Assembly (NCBI RefSeq): GCF_964213995.1
Contig: NW_027590121.1
Coordinates: 1,488,001-1,552,000, forward strand
DNA from: Mustelus asterias
Taxonomy: Eukaryota
Length of the DNA stretch: 64,000 nt
Direction of reading: 5' to 3'
Numbering within the stretch: position 1 is the stretch's first letter; the number at the start of each line of letters is the position of its first letter. Shown piece after piece: positions 11,295 to 24,059 of this stretch. Position numbers and translations under genes: made by a program. The notes beneath the pieces were generated by a model that saw only the letters and a program-made list of their open reading frames with translations, ran no database searches and was not told the DNA's origin.

Positions 11295-11600
11295 GGGAGG
11301 CAGTGGCATGGTGGTGTTGCCAATGGTCTTGTAACCCAGGGCACGACTCTGGGGACACAGATTCGAATCTCACCACTGCAGATGGTGAAATTTGAATTTA
11401 GTAAAAATCTATCATTAAAAGTCAAATGATCATCATGAAGCCGTTGTTGTAAAAACCCACCTGGTTCACGAATGCCGTTTAGAAAAGTAAATCTGTTGTC
11501 TTTATCTGGCCTGGCATGCATGTGACTCCAGATCCACAGTAACGTGGTTGACACTTAAGTGGCCTCCGGGATGGGCCACAAATGCACATCTCATGAAGGA
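11295..11600 (+). mobile_element. tRNA-headed SINE (DeuSINE/SacSINE1-like); related copy at about 37890-38190
   Basis: Shared core GATGGTGAAATTTGAATT...AAAAACCCA.CTGGTTCAC.AATG.C.TT.AG...GTGACTCCAGA.CCACAG; family name recalled from memory. Confidence 0.55.
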
Positions 11601-11766
11601 ATAACAAAAATTGATGTTGTGATGAAGTTCTGAATGGGGCACTGTCCCAATGCAGCAAACTACATGACAATAACTTAGAAGTTGTTCTATGCTTTGTATT
11701 AACTTTAATAGATCCCTAATTTCGATTAACAGCGGAATAATTTTTTTCTCGGTTTGAGTCTCTTAC

Positions 11767-12078
11767 CCAGAGATCCGCTGATGTTCTGACTCTGAGTGAA
11801 TCCTTGATGAGTGACCTGGCAGGTGTAGACCGCTTTGCTGAACCATTCCTGAGCGGAGACTGTCAACCGACTGCTGGCCGAGAAGTTCCCATTCACTTCA
11901 CAGGCGGGAGAGGTGACAATTCCTGAATTCATGGGTTGCCCATTCTTCAGCCACTCCACCGTCATTGACTTTGGCTGGAAATCAATGATTGAACAGACGA
12001 TGGTTGCAAATTTTCTGCTTGTGATTTCTTCACTGGAACTCACGGTGAGGATAACGGTTGGGGTGATAACGATTGGGC
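11767..12078 (-). CDS. IGHM: IgM CH2 exon
   Basis: 312 nt, AAG acceptor and GTAAG donor; (C)[46 protein letters not shown]...[20 protein letters not shown]. Confidence 0.96.
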
Positions 12079-12184
12079 CTTCAACAAACAAATGTTCAGA
12101 CGTTACTTGAAGATTTAATTGACATCAATTAAAATTAGTTCTTTTATTTAAGCACCATAGCTGCCGATTTGGGAATCATATCCA

Positions 12185-12910
12185 TGGTTTGGTTGAATTG
12201 GCAGGGAAATGGCGAATGGAATTCATCCGTCAAAAGTGCCATACAATGCATTTGGGGAGGGAAAACAAAGCAAGACAATAAACTGGAATGTTAAGAGGGA
12301 TTGAGGAAATGCAAGACCTTAGAGTGCACGTCCACAGGTCCTTGTAGATGGTAGGGCAGCTGGAAAAGTTGATCAAGAAAGCATATCGGATTAGTTCCTC
12401 TGTTATGTGAGATATTGAATGCAAAAACAGTGATACAATGATGGAGCTGTATAAAACCTCGTTTGGCCAAGTTTGGAGGTTGCTGTACAGTTCTGGTCAC
12501 CACAATGCAGGAATAACGAAGTGACTCTGGAGAGAGATGAGGTTTACAAGAATGTTGCCAGGGGCTAAAAATTGCAGCCATGAGGCGAGATTGGACAGGC
12601 AGGGTTTGTTCTCTTTAGGAAAAGAGGAGGCTGAGGCGTGACATAATTGTGGTTCACAAAACAAATAAAGGACGTAGGCAGAAATAATTCATTCCCCAAG
12701 TGGAGGGCTCAATTACCAGGGAGCATGGTCATTTAAAAGGTATCTAGGTCTGCATCTCAAGTGCTTTAAGCTGCAATGCTACGGAGTTGGGGCTGGAAAA
12801 TAGGCTTAACTTGTCTGGCTAGTTTATTTGTTCTCCCTTTTGGCCAGCACAGACATGGCGGGCTAAATGACCTCATTCTGCACAGTATCATTTCTGTTGT
12901 TCTTTGATTC
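12185..12910 (+). mobile_element. Degenerate CR1 LINE 3' fragment in the CH1-CH2 intron
   Basis: Similar to the RT C-terminal region of the CR1 copy at about 58790-59600. Confidence 0.7.
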
Positions 12911-13050
12911 TGAGCAACTTTTCAGTCAGTAGACACTTACCTGGATTTTGCATAATTCAATTTTTCAGAATGCTACAGATCAGTTATAACTAAGGCCTTA
13001 TAGAGTTCAATCACAGCGTTCCTGTCTTGCCCAAGTTCCACAACACTTAC

Positions 13051-13350
13051 ATTGCATTCCAATGCTCTTGACTGAGTCGCTGTGTCGAACCTCACAGTCG
13101 ATTTTGCTGCACTCTCCCACTGACTGGGTGATGGTTAACTGGCTGCTTAGGGTATAGGTTCCCTTCGCGTTTCTCACTGATGGATAAGTCTTAAATCCAG
13201 TGGCGATCAGCTGCCCATTTTTCTTCCAGGTCAGTTTGGAGACATCTGGAGAGTAGTCCATCGCCAAACAGCCGTAGGTGATGGAGCCAGCGGAGTTGTG
13301 TTGCTGACAGGAAGAGACGAGGCTGTAGAGAGTGGGCGGAGACGGTGTCG
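13051..13350 (-). CDS. IGHM: IgM CH1 exon
   Basis: 300 nt, CAG acceptor at 13353-13351, GTAAGT donor; (A)[45 protein letters not shown]...[20 protein letters not shown]...CEVRH, the shark mu CH1 signature. Confidence 0.96.
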
Positions 13351-14329
13351 CTGGGAAGGAATAGTCGATTGAACAAGTTAGACTATTACTTGCGTTTATT
13401 AATTAATCAAACATATTTATACAAGTATGTTTCTATATTAGGTATAGCTCTTGCGGCTAAAGGGATCAATGGATATGGGTAGTCGGCGGGGTCAGGACAT
13501 TGATGAGCCATGATCAAAGTGAATGGTAGAGCAGGGTCAAAGGGCCGAATGGCCTACTCCTGCTTCTATTTTCTATGTTTCTACATCACGATTTGTCTAG
13601 AATTATGAACTTAACTTAATATTTCCCGATTAAGACCTACATACACCTTTCAGCTTCTGTTACTCCTATCATTTGAGAATCGCCATCTTTGTAGAAACTC
13701 ACATCACTGTCTCGACCTCTATCAGGTTGGAAAGACAAAAACATTTTGATGTCATTGTAATGACATACCATTCATTGGATTAACAGAGAAGTGTAAAGAG
13801 TTTCTCCATTACTTCAGGCACTACCTATTTCTCAAACAACAGGACTTTGTGATGAAGAAGTTGTCTCTTCATTCATATCAGCCACTCGCCTGATGAAAGA
13901 GCTCCAAAAGCTCACGATTCCAAATAATCCTGTTGGCGTTCAACCTGGTGTTGTCAGACTCCTTACTGAGCCCACCCCAACCTAGCGTCGGCATATCCAC
14001 ATTGTAGTTTTGGCTATTGCCTGTGTTCAAACGAACTGATGCCCCTTCCTCTCTCCAACTCACAGCCTCTCACTCCACAAAATGAAGATTAGTGACTTTG
14101 CTTCAAAACTACCTTCGGAATGAATACTTACTGAATGACCAGGAAACTCTAAATGTGATTACAAATTCAAATAATTGCAACATTGACTAATTGAAGGGTC
14201 ATACATTAATAGCAAGAGTTGGCCATTCGGGCCCTGACGTCTCCTCCATTATTCACTGAGATTACAGATGATCTGGTTGTGGTGCTAGCTCTATTTTGCA
14301 CATCCTCACTCCGCCCGTCGATCACCCAC

Positions 14330-14930
14330 TCTCTGCCCATTTCCCCCGACTCTCTGCGCTTTTCCCTGGCTCTCTGCTATTCCCTGTGGCTCCTTTCCCC
14401 TTTCACCTGGCTCTCTACACTTCCCTCCAGCTCTGTCCCCTCTCCCCCGGCTCCCTGCCCTTTCCCTCAGCTCCCTACCCTTTCCCCCGGCTCTTTGCCC
14501 GATGTCCCTGCTCCCTATCCACTTTCCCCTTTCCCCTGGCTCTCTGCCCTTTCCCCCTGACTCTCTGCCTTTCCCCTTGACTCTCTGCCCTTTCCTCTGG
14601 GCTATCTTGTCCTTTTCCTCGGCTCTCTGTCCTTTCCCCGGCCTCCCTGCCCTTTATCCTGGCTCTCTCCTCTTTCCCTGATTCTCTGCCCTTTCACCTG
14701 GCTCCCTGCCCTTTCTATTAGCTCTCTGCCCTTTCTTCTGGCTCTCTGCGCTTTCTCCTGACTCTCTGCCCTTTCCCGGCTCTCAGCCCTGTTGCCCGGC
14801 TGTGGGCCCATTCCCCAGGCTCTCTGCCCTTCCCCCCCGGCTCTCTGCCCTTTAACACGCCTCCTGTTCTCCCCGGCTCTTTCCCATTGTCCTTGGCCCT
14901 GAGCCCCCAGGGATTCCCCCCAGCTCTCCA
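14330..14930 (-). repeat. About 20-nt degenerate tandem repeat, G-rich on the IgM sense strand (GGGAAAGGGCAGAGAGCCAG)
   Basis: Plus strand reads (CTGGCTCTCTGCCCTTTCCC)n. Confidence 0.9.
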
Positions 14931-15014
14931 CATTCGCAGGGCAGCTCCCACATTTGAACACCAAACTGCCGCTTAAGATCTTTCTTCTCTCTCGTTGCAG
15001 ACCTCCACACACAG

Positions 15015-16515
15015 GTTTAGCGAGTGTGAGTGAGAGAGTGTGAGTGCGTGCGGGTGAGTGATTGAAGGAGTGAGAGTGGATGAGTGATGGTGTGTGAGTG
15101 ACGGAAGGTGGGTAAGTGAGGGTGAGTGAGTGAAGTTCTTTCAGTGAGGATGAGTGATTGAGGGTGAGTGAGTGAGTGTGGGTGCGGGTGAGAGAGCGTG
15201 AGTAAATGATGGTGTGTGAGAGAGGGTGGGTGAGTGAAGGTGGCTTAATGTGTGAGTGAAGGTGGGTGAGTGAGTGTCGGTAAGAGAGAATGAATGAGGG
15301 TGAGTGAGTGAGGATGCGTGAAGGTTAGTGAAGGTGGGTGAGTGAGAGCGAGTGAATGAGGGTGAGGAGTGAATGTGACTTAGTAAGTGAGGGTGAGAGA
15401 GTGAGTGAGTCAGGGTGTGTTATTGAGGGTGGTGTGTGAGAGTGTGTGAGGGAGAATGAATGCGGATGGGTGGATGAGTGAAGGTGAGTGAGTAAAGGTG
15501 TTTGACTGAGGATGAGTGATTGAGGATCTGTGAGTTAGGGTGGGTGAACGTGAGTGATGGTGAATATGTGAGGGTGTGTGAGTGAATGTAGGTGCGTGAG
15601 TCTCAGTGAGTTTGAATGGGTCAGGTGGCGTACGTGAGAGAGAGAGGGTAATTGAGCTTGAGTGTGTGGGGGTGCGTCTGGGTGAGTGAGGGTGGGTAAG
15701 TGGGGAGAGTGAGTGAGGGTGAGTGAGAGTGATTGAGACTGGATGAGTGAGGGAGGGTAAGTGCGGTGAGTGAGTGAGAGTGATTGAGACTGGATGAGTG
15801 AAGGTGGGTAAGTGGGGTGAGTGAGGGTGAGTGAGAGTGAGTGAGACTGGATAAGTGAGGGTGGATAAGTGGACTGAGTGAGTGAGAGTGAGTGAGACTG
15901 GGTGAGTGAGGGTGGGTTAGTGGGATGAGTGAACGAAGGTGACTATGAGTGTTGGTGAGTGACTGAGGCTCTGAGTGAGTGACTGAGGGTTAGTGAGTGA
16001 GGTTGAGTGAGTGATAGCGTGTGAGTGTGGGTGACTGAGTGACAGTGAGTGAATGAGAGTGTGTGAGGGCGAGTGAGTGTGAGTGAGTGAGTGCTGGTGA
16101 GTGAATGAGGGTGTGAATGTGAGTGAATGAGGGTGAGTGAGTGAGGATGGGTGAGAGTGAGAGAGCGAATGTGTGTGAGTGATTTTGAGTGAGTGAGGGT
16201 GTGAGGGTGAGTGACTCAGGGTGAATGAGGATCAGTGAGTTTCTGAGGTTGAGTGCGTGAAATTGAGTGTGTGAAGTTGAGTGTGTGAGGTTGAGTGTGT
16301 GAAATTGAGTGTGTGAGGGTGGATGAGTGAGCAAGAGTGAGTGAGTTGGGATGAGTGAGTTGGGATGAGTGAGTTGGGATTTGTGAGTGGGGATGAATGA
16401 GTGAGAGTGTGTCAGCGAGGGAAGGTGGGTAAGTGAGGGTGAGTGAGTCAAGTTCTTTGAGTGAGGATGAGAGATTGAGGGTGAGTGAGGAAGTGTGGGT
16501 GAGGGCGAGAGAGTC
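15015..16515 (+). repeat. (GAGT/GAGGGT)n degenerate repeat tract
   Basis: About 1.5 kb of TGAG/GGGTGAGTGA iterations. Confidence 0.9.
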
Positions 16516-17114
16516 AGTGGGCCACCTCCACCTCTTCCTCTCCATCGATCTTTTCCCGATTCTCCACATTGATCAGCTTTCAGTAACACGGATGTGTAAA
16601 TCACCAGGCAGCTGCTTTAATGTCGGTGTCTTTCTTCAAGAAACACGTACCAGTGAACAAATAGTCAGACTGAGGGAGCTGTAGGGAAGCTTACAGCAAA
16701 ACTAGGATGGGTCGCACAGGAATCAACCAGTATTGGGAGCCAGGCGGCCATGGTCTCAGCCAATTCCCTTTTTATTTTTTGGGTTTTTGTGTCCGGTGTA
16801 ACACATGGAAATTCCTACTTCTGACCTCATGTTGGATGGAATGTCACTGTTGAAGCAGTAGAAGATTGTTGGTCCAAGAACAGTCCCCTGCCGACATCCT
16901 GCAGTGAAATCTGAACTTAGATGTTTGACCTCCAACCACCAATACCATGTTGCTTTGTGCTAAGTATGACTCCAAACAGAGAAGAATTTCCCGCCGATTC
17001 TTATTGACTTGAGTTTTACTCGGGCCCCTTGATCCCACCCTCATTCAAATGCTACCGGGGTGGGGGTGGGGGAGGGGGGAGTCGGGGGGGGCGTCGGGGG
17101 GGGGGGGGGGGTGC

Positions 17115-17428
17115 GTTGGCACGGTGGCACAGTGATTAGCGCTGCTGCCTCAGAGTTGGATTCCCGACTTGGGTCACTGTCTGTGTGGAGTTTGCAAGTT
17201 CCCCCCGTGTCTGTTTGGGTTTCCTTAGGGTGCTCCTGTTTCCTCCCACAGTCCAACGATGTATGGGTTCGGTGGATTGGCCGTGCTAAAATTGCCCCTT
17301 AGTGTCAGGGGGACTAGTTAGGGTAAATACATGTGGTTATGGGGATAGGGCTTTGCTGGGATTGCTGTTGGTGCAGACTCGATGGGCTGAATGGCTTCCT
17401 TCTGCACTGTAGCATCCTATGATTCTAC
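17115..17428 (+). mobile_element. tRNA-derived shark SINE, preceded by a poly-G tract (17056-17111)
   Basis: GGCACGGTGGCACAGTGATTAGCGCTGCTGCCTCA head and conserved body. Confidence 0.8.
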
Positions 17429-17469
17429 TCTATGGTGTCAAGGACAGACACTCTGACGTATGTGAGACC

Positions 17470-17530
17470 GAAAGTGTGTGTGTGTGAGAGAGAGAGAGAG
17501 AGCGATAGAGGGAGAGAGAGATAGAGGGAG

Positions 17531-17561
<31 letters not shown>

Positions 17562-18078
17562 ATGTGTGTGTGAGGATTCCTGTGTATGATAGAATGCGTT
17601 TGCACGTGTGTGAGACAGTGGGCTGTGCGTGCAAGAGGGGAGAGTGTGCGTGAGAGAAGGGGTGTGTGAGATAATGTGTGTGTGTGAGACAGAATGTGTG
17701 TTTGAAGAATTATTCTTTGTGTGTGAGAGTGTGTCTCTTCTTGAAAATGTATGTGTGTGGAGGGGCGGGGAGAGTGTGTGTGGGGAGTCTGTGTGAAAGA
17801 GTACTTCTGTGTGTGATGGTGTGTATGTTGATGTGAAAGGGAGTGTGTCTATTTGAGATACACGATGTCTGTGAAAGAGAGTGTGTGTGCCTGAGAGGGA
17901 GGTTATGTGTGAGGGAGAGTGTTGTGTTCATGTGAAAGACAGTGTGTGTGAGAGGGAGTGCCTATTGGAAAGCAAAATAATATGTTCATCAGTGTGTGAC
18001 ACTGTGCATGGGATGGCGTGTGAGTGAGAAAGATGTGTACAATGTGTGTGGATGACAGAAGCAATGTGGGGTGTTTGA

Positions 18079-18123
<45 letters not shown>

Positions 18124-19150
18124 GAGGGGCGGGGAGAGTGTGTGTGAGCGAGAAAAAGTGTGAAACTTAGACAGAGTGGATGCGTGAGTGTGTGTGAGTG
18201 AATTGACTGTTGAGAGAACATGTGTCTGTGATAGGTGGAGTGTTTAAAGAGAGATACATTGTATATACATGTGTGTCCGTGTGTAAGAGACGGAGAGACT
18301 GTGTGCGAGATTGTGTGCGTGTGAAAGGGAGGGTGTTTGTGAGAGACAGTGTTTGAGAGCAAGATTGTGCGTGTGTGAGACAATGTGTAAGGGAGTGAGC
18401 GGGTGAAAGAGAGAGAAATATGTACCTGTGTGAGAGAATGCGTGTGCAAGTGTCCGTATGAGTGAGAGCATGGGAATGTGTGTGAGACGAAGTGAGAGTG
18501 TACGGAAGAGGGAATGTGAGAGGGATAGTGCATGTGTGTGTGTGAGAGAGAGAATGTGTGCGCGAGACTGTGCTTATGTGAGAGACCGTGTCTGTGTGTA
18601 AGAGTGTGTGTTAGAGTGTGTGCATGTTCTATGTTTGTGAGAGTGTTTGTGAGAGAGCCAGTGTGTGAGAGCAAGAATGTAGAGGTGTGAGATAGTGTGC
18701 GCAAGAGAAATAGAAATATGTGCGTGTGTGTGTGTGAGAGAGAGAGATGCGTGTGCAAGAGGAATTGTGAGAGAGCGTGTGAAGAAATGTGAGACAGCTT
18801 GAGCGTGTGTGACAGAGAGTGGAAGAGAGAGAGTCCATGTGAGAGTGCGTGCGCGAGAGTGTGAGACTGTGCTTATGTGAGAGTGTGTGTCTGTGTGTAA
18901 GAGAGAATGGGTGGGTGTGTGGGGATGTGAGCGCTTTTGTGTATGGGGATGTGAGAGATTGATGGAGAGAGCGAGACGATGTATGTATTTGTATTGAGAG
19001 AGTGTATGTGTAACGTGAGAGAGAGAATGTGTATGGGTGTGTAAGAGAGACCGTATGAGAGAGAAAGTAAGTGTGAGTATGTATGTGTGTGTGTGTGCAT
19101 GTGTGAGAGAATATGAGAGTATTTATGTGTGTGAGAGTGTGTGATGTGTA
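17470..19150. repeat. (GT)n/(GA)n compound microsatellite tract
   Basis: Low-complexity GT/GA sequence. Confidence 0.9.
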
Positions 19151-22100
19151 TAAGTCTCTATTTGGCTGATTCAGTCTGGAAAACACACTCACTCCACACA
19201 TACTCACCCATTCACACAGTAAGTGGGAGTGACAAGTGAGCACAATACGGAGCGCGGGCCAAGGGTTGGAAAAACATTTAAATCTTTCGCAATCAGTCGC
19301 AATTGAATAATTCACCCTACTCAATGAGGGAAACCTGTAAAAACTCAAGAAATTTGACACAATCCAGGGCAAAGCCACCCACAAGATTATCCGCCCCCTC
19401 ATTCACCCTATTCTCTCTCTCCATCACTAACAAGCAGTGACAGCAGTGTGTGTTATATACAAGATGCACTGCAGCAACTCACCAAGGCTCCATAGTAAAC
19501 ACTGTCCAAACCCGTTGCCTTTATATCCTAACAGGATAAGGGCAGCAGCCACATATGAAGACTACCACCTGCAAGCTCCCCTCCAAGACACACACCATCC
19601 TGACTTGAAACAATACCTCAGTTCCTTCTGGGTCAAAATCCTGGAACTTCCACCTAACAGCACGGCGGATGCCTGCAGCATATGGATTGCAGTTATTCAA
19701 GGATGCTTCATATCAACACTTTCTCAAGGAACAATTATTGATGATTAAAACTTCTGGCCGAGCAAATGACTCTAAAATGGGTTTAGAAGATTAAAAATAA
19801 GATGCAAATGAATTTGACCCTTCAACTGTCATACCAAACAGGTCATGGACTGCTTTACTACGGAGCACAATCTCACTTTGCATTTGCTCATCGAACATTC
19901 CCAAGGCCGGTACATCACTGGTTAAAAATCATCCAAACCTCCCTCTACAATCTGACGTTTCTGCTCTCTCTGATGGTCACAATATGCTTTAGGGATCTCA
20001 TTTCTGAGACGCCGAGACAAACATCAAGTCAAACTGTCACATTTCTCACAGATACAAGTTTATTGAAGAAATAAATCAAATTTCACTCCCTGAAATACAG
20101 CAGAAGGAACCAGAAGTTTTACAACCAGTCAGGCAGATTCCTGGTCCCAACACAGTGACCACGCGCGCAGAAACAGAACAGACACAAACGGTGCAACAAT
20201 CGATTTCCCAGCAGGTAGGTATGATCAATCTGTCAATTTAATTCAAACTGTTTGATTCTAATTGATCAATGATCAATTTACAACAGAAAATCAATAACCT
20301 CTTTTAAATAAAACTGAAATTCATTTCAAAACTCCTGTCGATTTTTAATTATGTCTCTCTGCCTGTCTCACTTCTCGAAAACTATGTAAAAATGTAATTT
20401 CGCTGAAAATTAGGAATCAAAAATAACAGATTCAGGACAGTTCAATGTCCCCGACAGAGATACAGTGACACAGTAAGGATTAAATAAACCAAGAAACATT
20501 TACATTGAAAATCATTACCTGATTCGATCTAATTTCTTAATTAAATGTAATCAACAAAATATTCGAGGTAAAACACCTTATCGAGCTAAGCATAGCTGAT
20601 AAAAGAAAGGTTTTGTTTCTGAATTCATTTTCGATACAATTAAACATTCTCTGAAACGGATGATACTTTGCACGCCCGTGCATTATTCAAGGTATTTTGT
20701 TTTGAATTAATTAGCACCAATATTATATTTTGTTTTGTTAATTGCCGGTTACTTTTCCTGTTAGCTGATTTGTACTCCCTAATAAAATCAGTTTTCAATC
20801 ATTCAAAACTTTCCCTGCCTCGAACATTGTGAAGTAATTAGGTTCCAATTAAATATTAAACAATAAACTTCAAATTACTGAATGGAAAGATTCAGACATC
20901 TGTAATTCATTTGCTTCAATCGAATAACATTGTCATGTTTTTTCATTTCCACTTTTACTCCAAATGCCTTATTATAACCTGCAAACGTGTTAAGAATGCA
21001 TGTTTCTGACTTTGTATATACTGTAACGGCCTGGCAGTTTGAGGTCAATGAAGCTGCTTCCTAGATTTAATAATTTGGACCATCCATATAATTTAATTAC
21101 TGAACATATTGTTTAAATTAAGAAGTTCTGAATTAAACAATGAAAAACACAATGAGGACAATTGATTCAAATCCTCTGCAACACTGAAACATGATGCACA
21201 AAATAAGTCGAGACTTTTTCTTCAGTATAATATTTAATACTAATTAAACATAATGCTCAAATAGAATCAATTCTTCTATTCTGTCATTTATTCATCCAAT
21301 AATTCTATTCTATGTTCAGCAGTAATGGGAGACAGGATGTTATTATTAAATGCAGAGCAAATATTACTAATATAAAAATATTATAATATTATAAAAAATT
21401 AATTATTTGAATTTCAAATATTAAATTGTAAATCTCTAGCCAGTTTCTGTTGACACCTTACGACAATTCAAACACCATTATATGAACAATTGTTTAGTGT
21501 TAGCGAATTCCACCTGTCAGAAAACTGTGTTCACTCTGTCACATTTATTCAAACTGTGGGATTCTAATTGATCAATTTTCAAACTACAACAACAAAAATC
21601 AATAACTTCTTTTAAATTAAACTGATATTCATTTCAAAATTCCCTTCGACTTTTAACTATTTCTCCCTGTCTATCTCAAATCTCGAAAACTAGGCAAAAA
21701 ATATTTTTTTTTCTGAAAATGTGCACATCAGATATAACCGATCCAGGGTAGTGTAATGTCCCTAACAGAGGTACAGTGACGCAGTAAGAATTGTAATTCA
21801 TGATTTACTTTAATCTGCAAGCATCAGTTAACATGAATAAAATGCTCAAATATATATTTATTTTATTTTTTCCGATACCAGTTTGTTTTATCCTGACAAG
21901 GATGTTTAAACGCAGTTTGTTTTTTTCATTTAGCTAGAAAAAGTGTAACCGCTCAGGATCACCGAGTTGAAACAATACAGAAACAATTGAGAAACACCAA
22001 ACCATTTCACAAATTTTGAGATGAGATTAGTGATTAATTACCTCTGCATCCAGCTACAAATTACTTGGAAGGAATGCTGCGCCTGCACAGAAACAATGTA

Positions 22101-24011
22101 ATAATCGGGCACAAAAATTTCCAAATAGCGTTTTATTGCCAATTATTCTCCAAAACTCATATTTAAGTGAATGCGAACTTCATCGGGGATATAACAATTA
22201 ATGCAAAGTATCTTGTTGAACTGAGCGCTGCTGTGGAAACAGCATGTTATCATTGAAATTGTTTCTGGAATTATCACAAAATATTTCCAGCCGAGAAACC
22301 TTTTTGGTCATGTTAATTGTATGCAAAGCACAGCAGAACTATTAAAGCCGATTAATGCGAAATGATATTAATAGAAAATAATCTTTTGTGAATATGTAGT
22401 TATGTTACCGATTAATAACAGTTTGATTTATATTAATTTTACTATCAAACTTGTTAATGAGAAGTTTGTTTTTGCAGCAACTACTTAGTGTCCGATTGAG
22501 CGTTGTAAGACATGATTTATTTTAATTTCTAAGAGTTAGTTAAAATTTATAAAAATGCTGTAATACCTTTATTTTATTTCTTTCACAACCTGCTTATTTT
22601 CTCCCTACAAGGATTTTCAAACTCATAGATTATTTGCATTTAACCAGAAAACGTGTAACCGCTCAGTGCCACCGAGTTTAAACAATGCAGAAACACCAAA
22701 ACATTTCACACATTTTAAACATTCTTAGTGACCCAACAACAGAACCTCCTCAACAGAAACACACCAAAACACATCAATGAGGGAATGAATCCGTTTCACG
22801 GGGACGCAACTCAATTATCCATTCAACAAAATCAAAAATATGATTGCAAGGAAATCTCAATATTCAATCCGGCAAACCAGCTCGTCACCAAGTATATGAA
22901 TGATTGAACTAAACAGAAATTTGGAATAAGAGCAATAGCATTGCGAGGAGGTGGAATATGTCCAACAAATTAATATTGAAATTTTACCACATTCTATTCA
23001 TATTGGGTCATATTTCAAACAGATTTCAAACATATTAAAATATTAGGTGGGTAAAAGCTGCAGCCGTCAGATGCCACCGAGGTTAAACATGGCATGTATC
23101 CCAAATTATGAATGCAGTGGCAAACTATGTTTTGGACGAGTGGCATAAACCGTGGTTTGGTTTAACCTGCAATTATCAGCTACGATTTAAAAAAATACAA
23201 ATACAATAAAGCCTGCCTGATTTCTGTCTGCAGGCACGCGTCAAGTAGTTTAAAACCCGCAGACTGTTTGTATTCAATCACAAAGTGTGTAACAGCTCAG
23301 TGTCACCGAGTGTAAACAATGCAGAATCTCCGAACCATTTCACAAATTTTACTGATTCAAAGTCACCCAGACAGACAACCTCCTCACCAGAAACACGCAG
23401 CACTGAGGGACTGAACCCCGGCTCATGCAGAAGCAGCTCAATTCTACAAACAGTTGCAACAGAAACAAATTTCACATTGGCAGAAAATCTCAATTTAAAA
23501 TCCAGCCAATCTGACCATCACCAAAGCAACTAATAATTAAAATAAGCACAACAATGAGATAACAAAACCAGATTGTGATTAAGCGGAACATGTTCGCAAC
23601 ATTAAAGTAGAAACTTTAACACATTTTGTTAATATTGGGTTAGATTTCAAACACTTGTGCAGTGGATGGTGCAACTCGCAGCCACGAGATGTCACCGAGA
23701 TTAAACATTGAAGAAACGCCGAACTGTTTAACAAAAGGAAGGCATTTAAAGTAACCCAGCCACACAATGTCCTCAGCAGATAAACAACAAATCACAACAA
23801 GAGACTGAATCACTCAGTGTCACCTTTTGTCAATTAACAGTAGAATTCTATAACCCCCATTTTAAGCAGGATCACATGAAACATTGTAAAGATTTTCAGC
23901 ACAGAATCCACCAAACCACATTACATTGAACGAATGAATTAATAAAATCGAGAAAAAGTATAAAACAAAAACTCAAATAAAACACTGACTAAATAAAGGC
24001 ATGGTTCTTAC

Positions 24012-24059
24012 CTGCAGTCACCGTCACCATGGTCCCTTGTCCCCAGTAGTCCATGGCGT
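24012..24059 (-). CDS. JH segment (AMDYWGQGTMVTVTA)
   Basis: WGQG motif and GTAAG donor at 24011. Upstream RSS: heptamer 24060-24066, 23-nt spacer, nonamer 24090-24098 (ACAATAACC on plus). Confidence 0.97.

Noticed and set aside
14219-19402. Long Pro/Ser/His/Thr-rich ORFs (up to 276 aa)
   Set aside because: Products of low-complexity repeats within the J-C intron.
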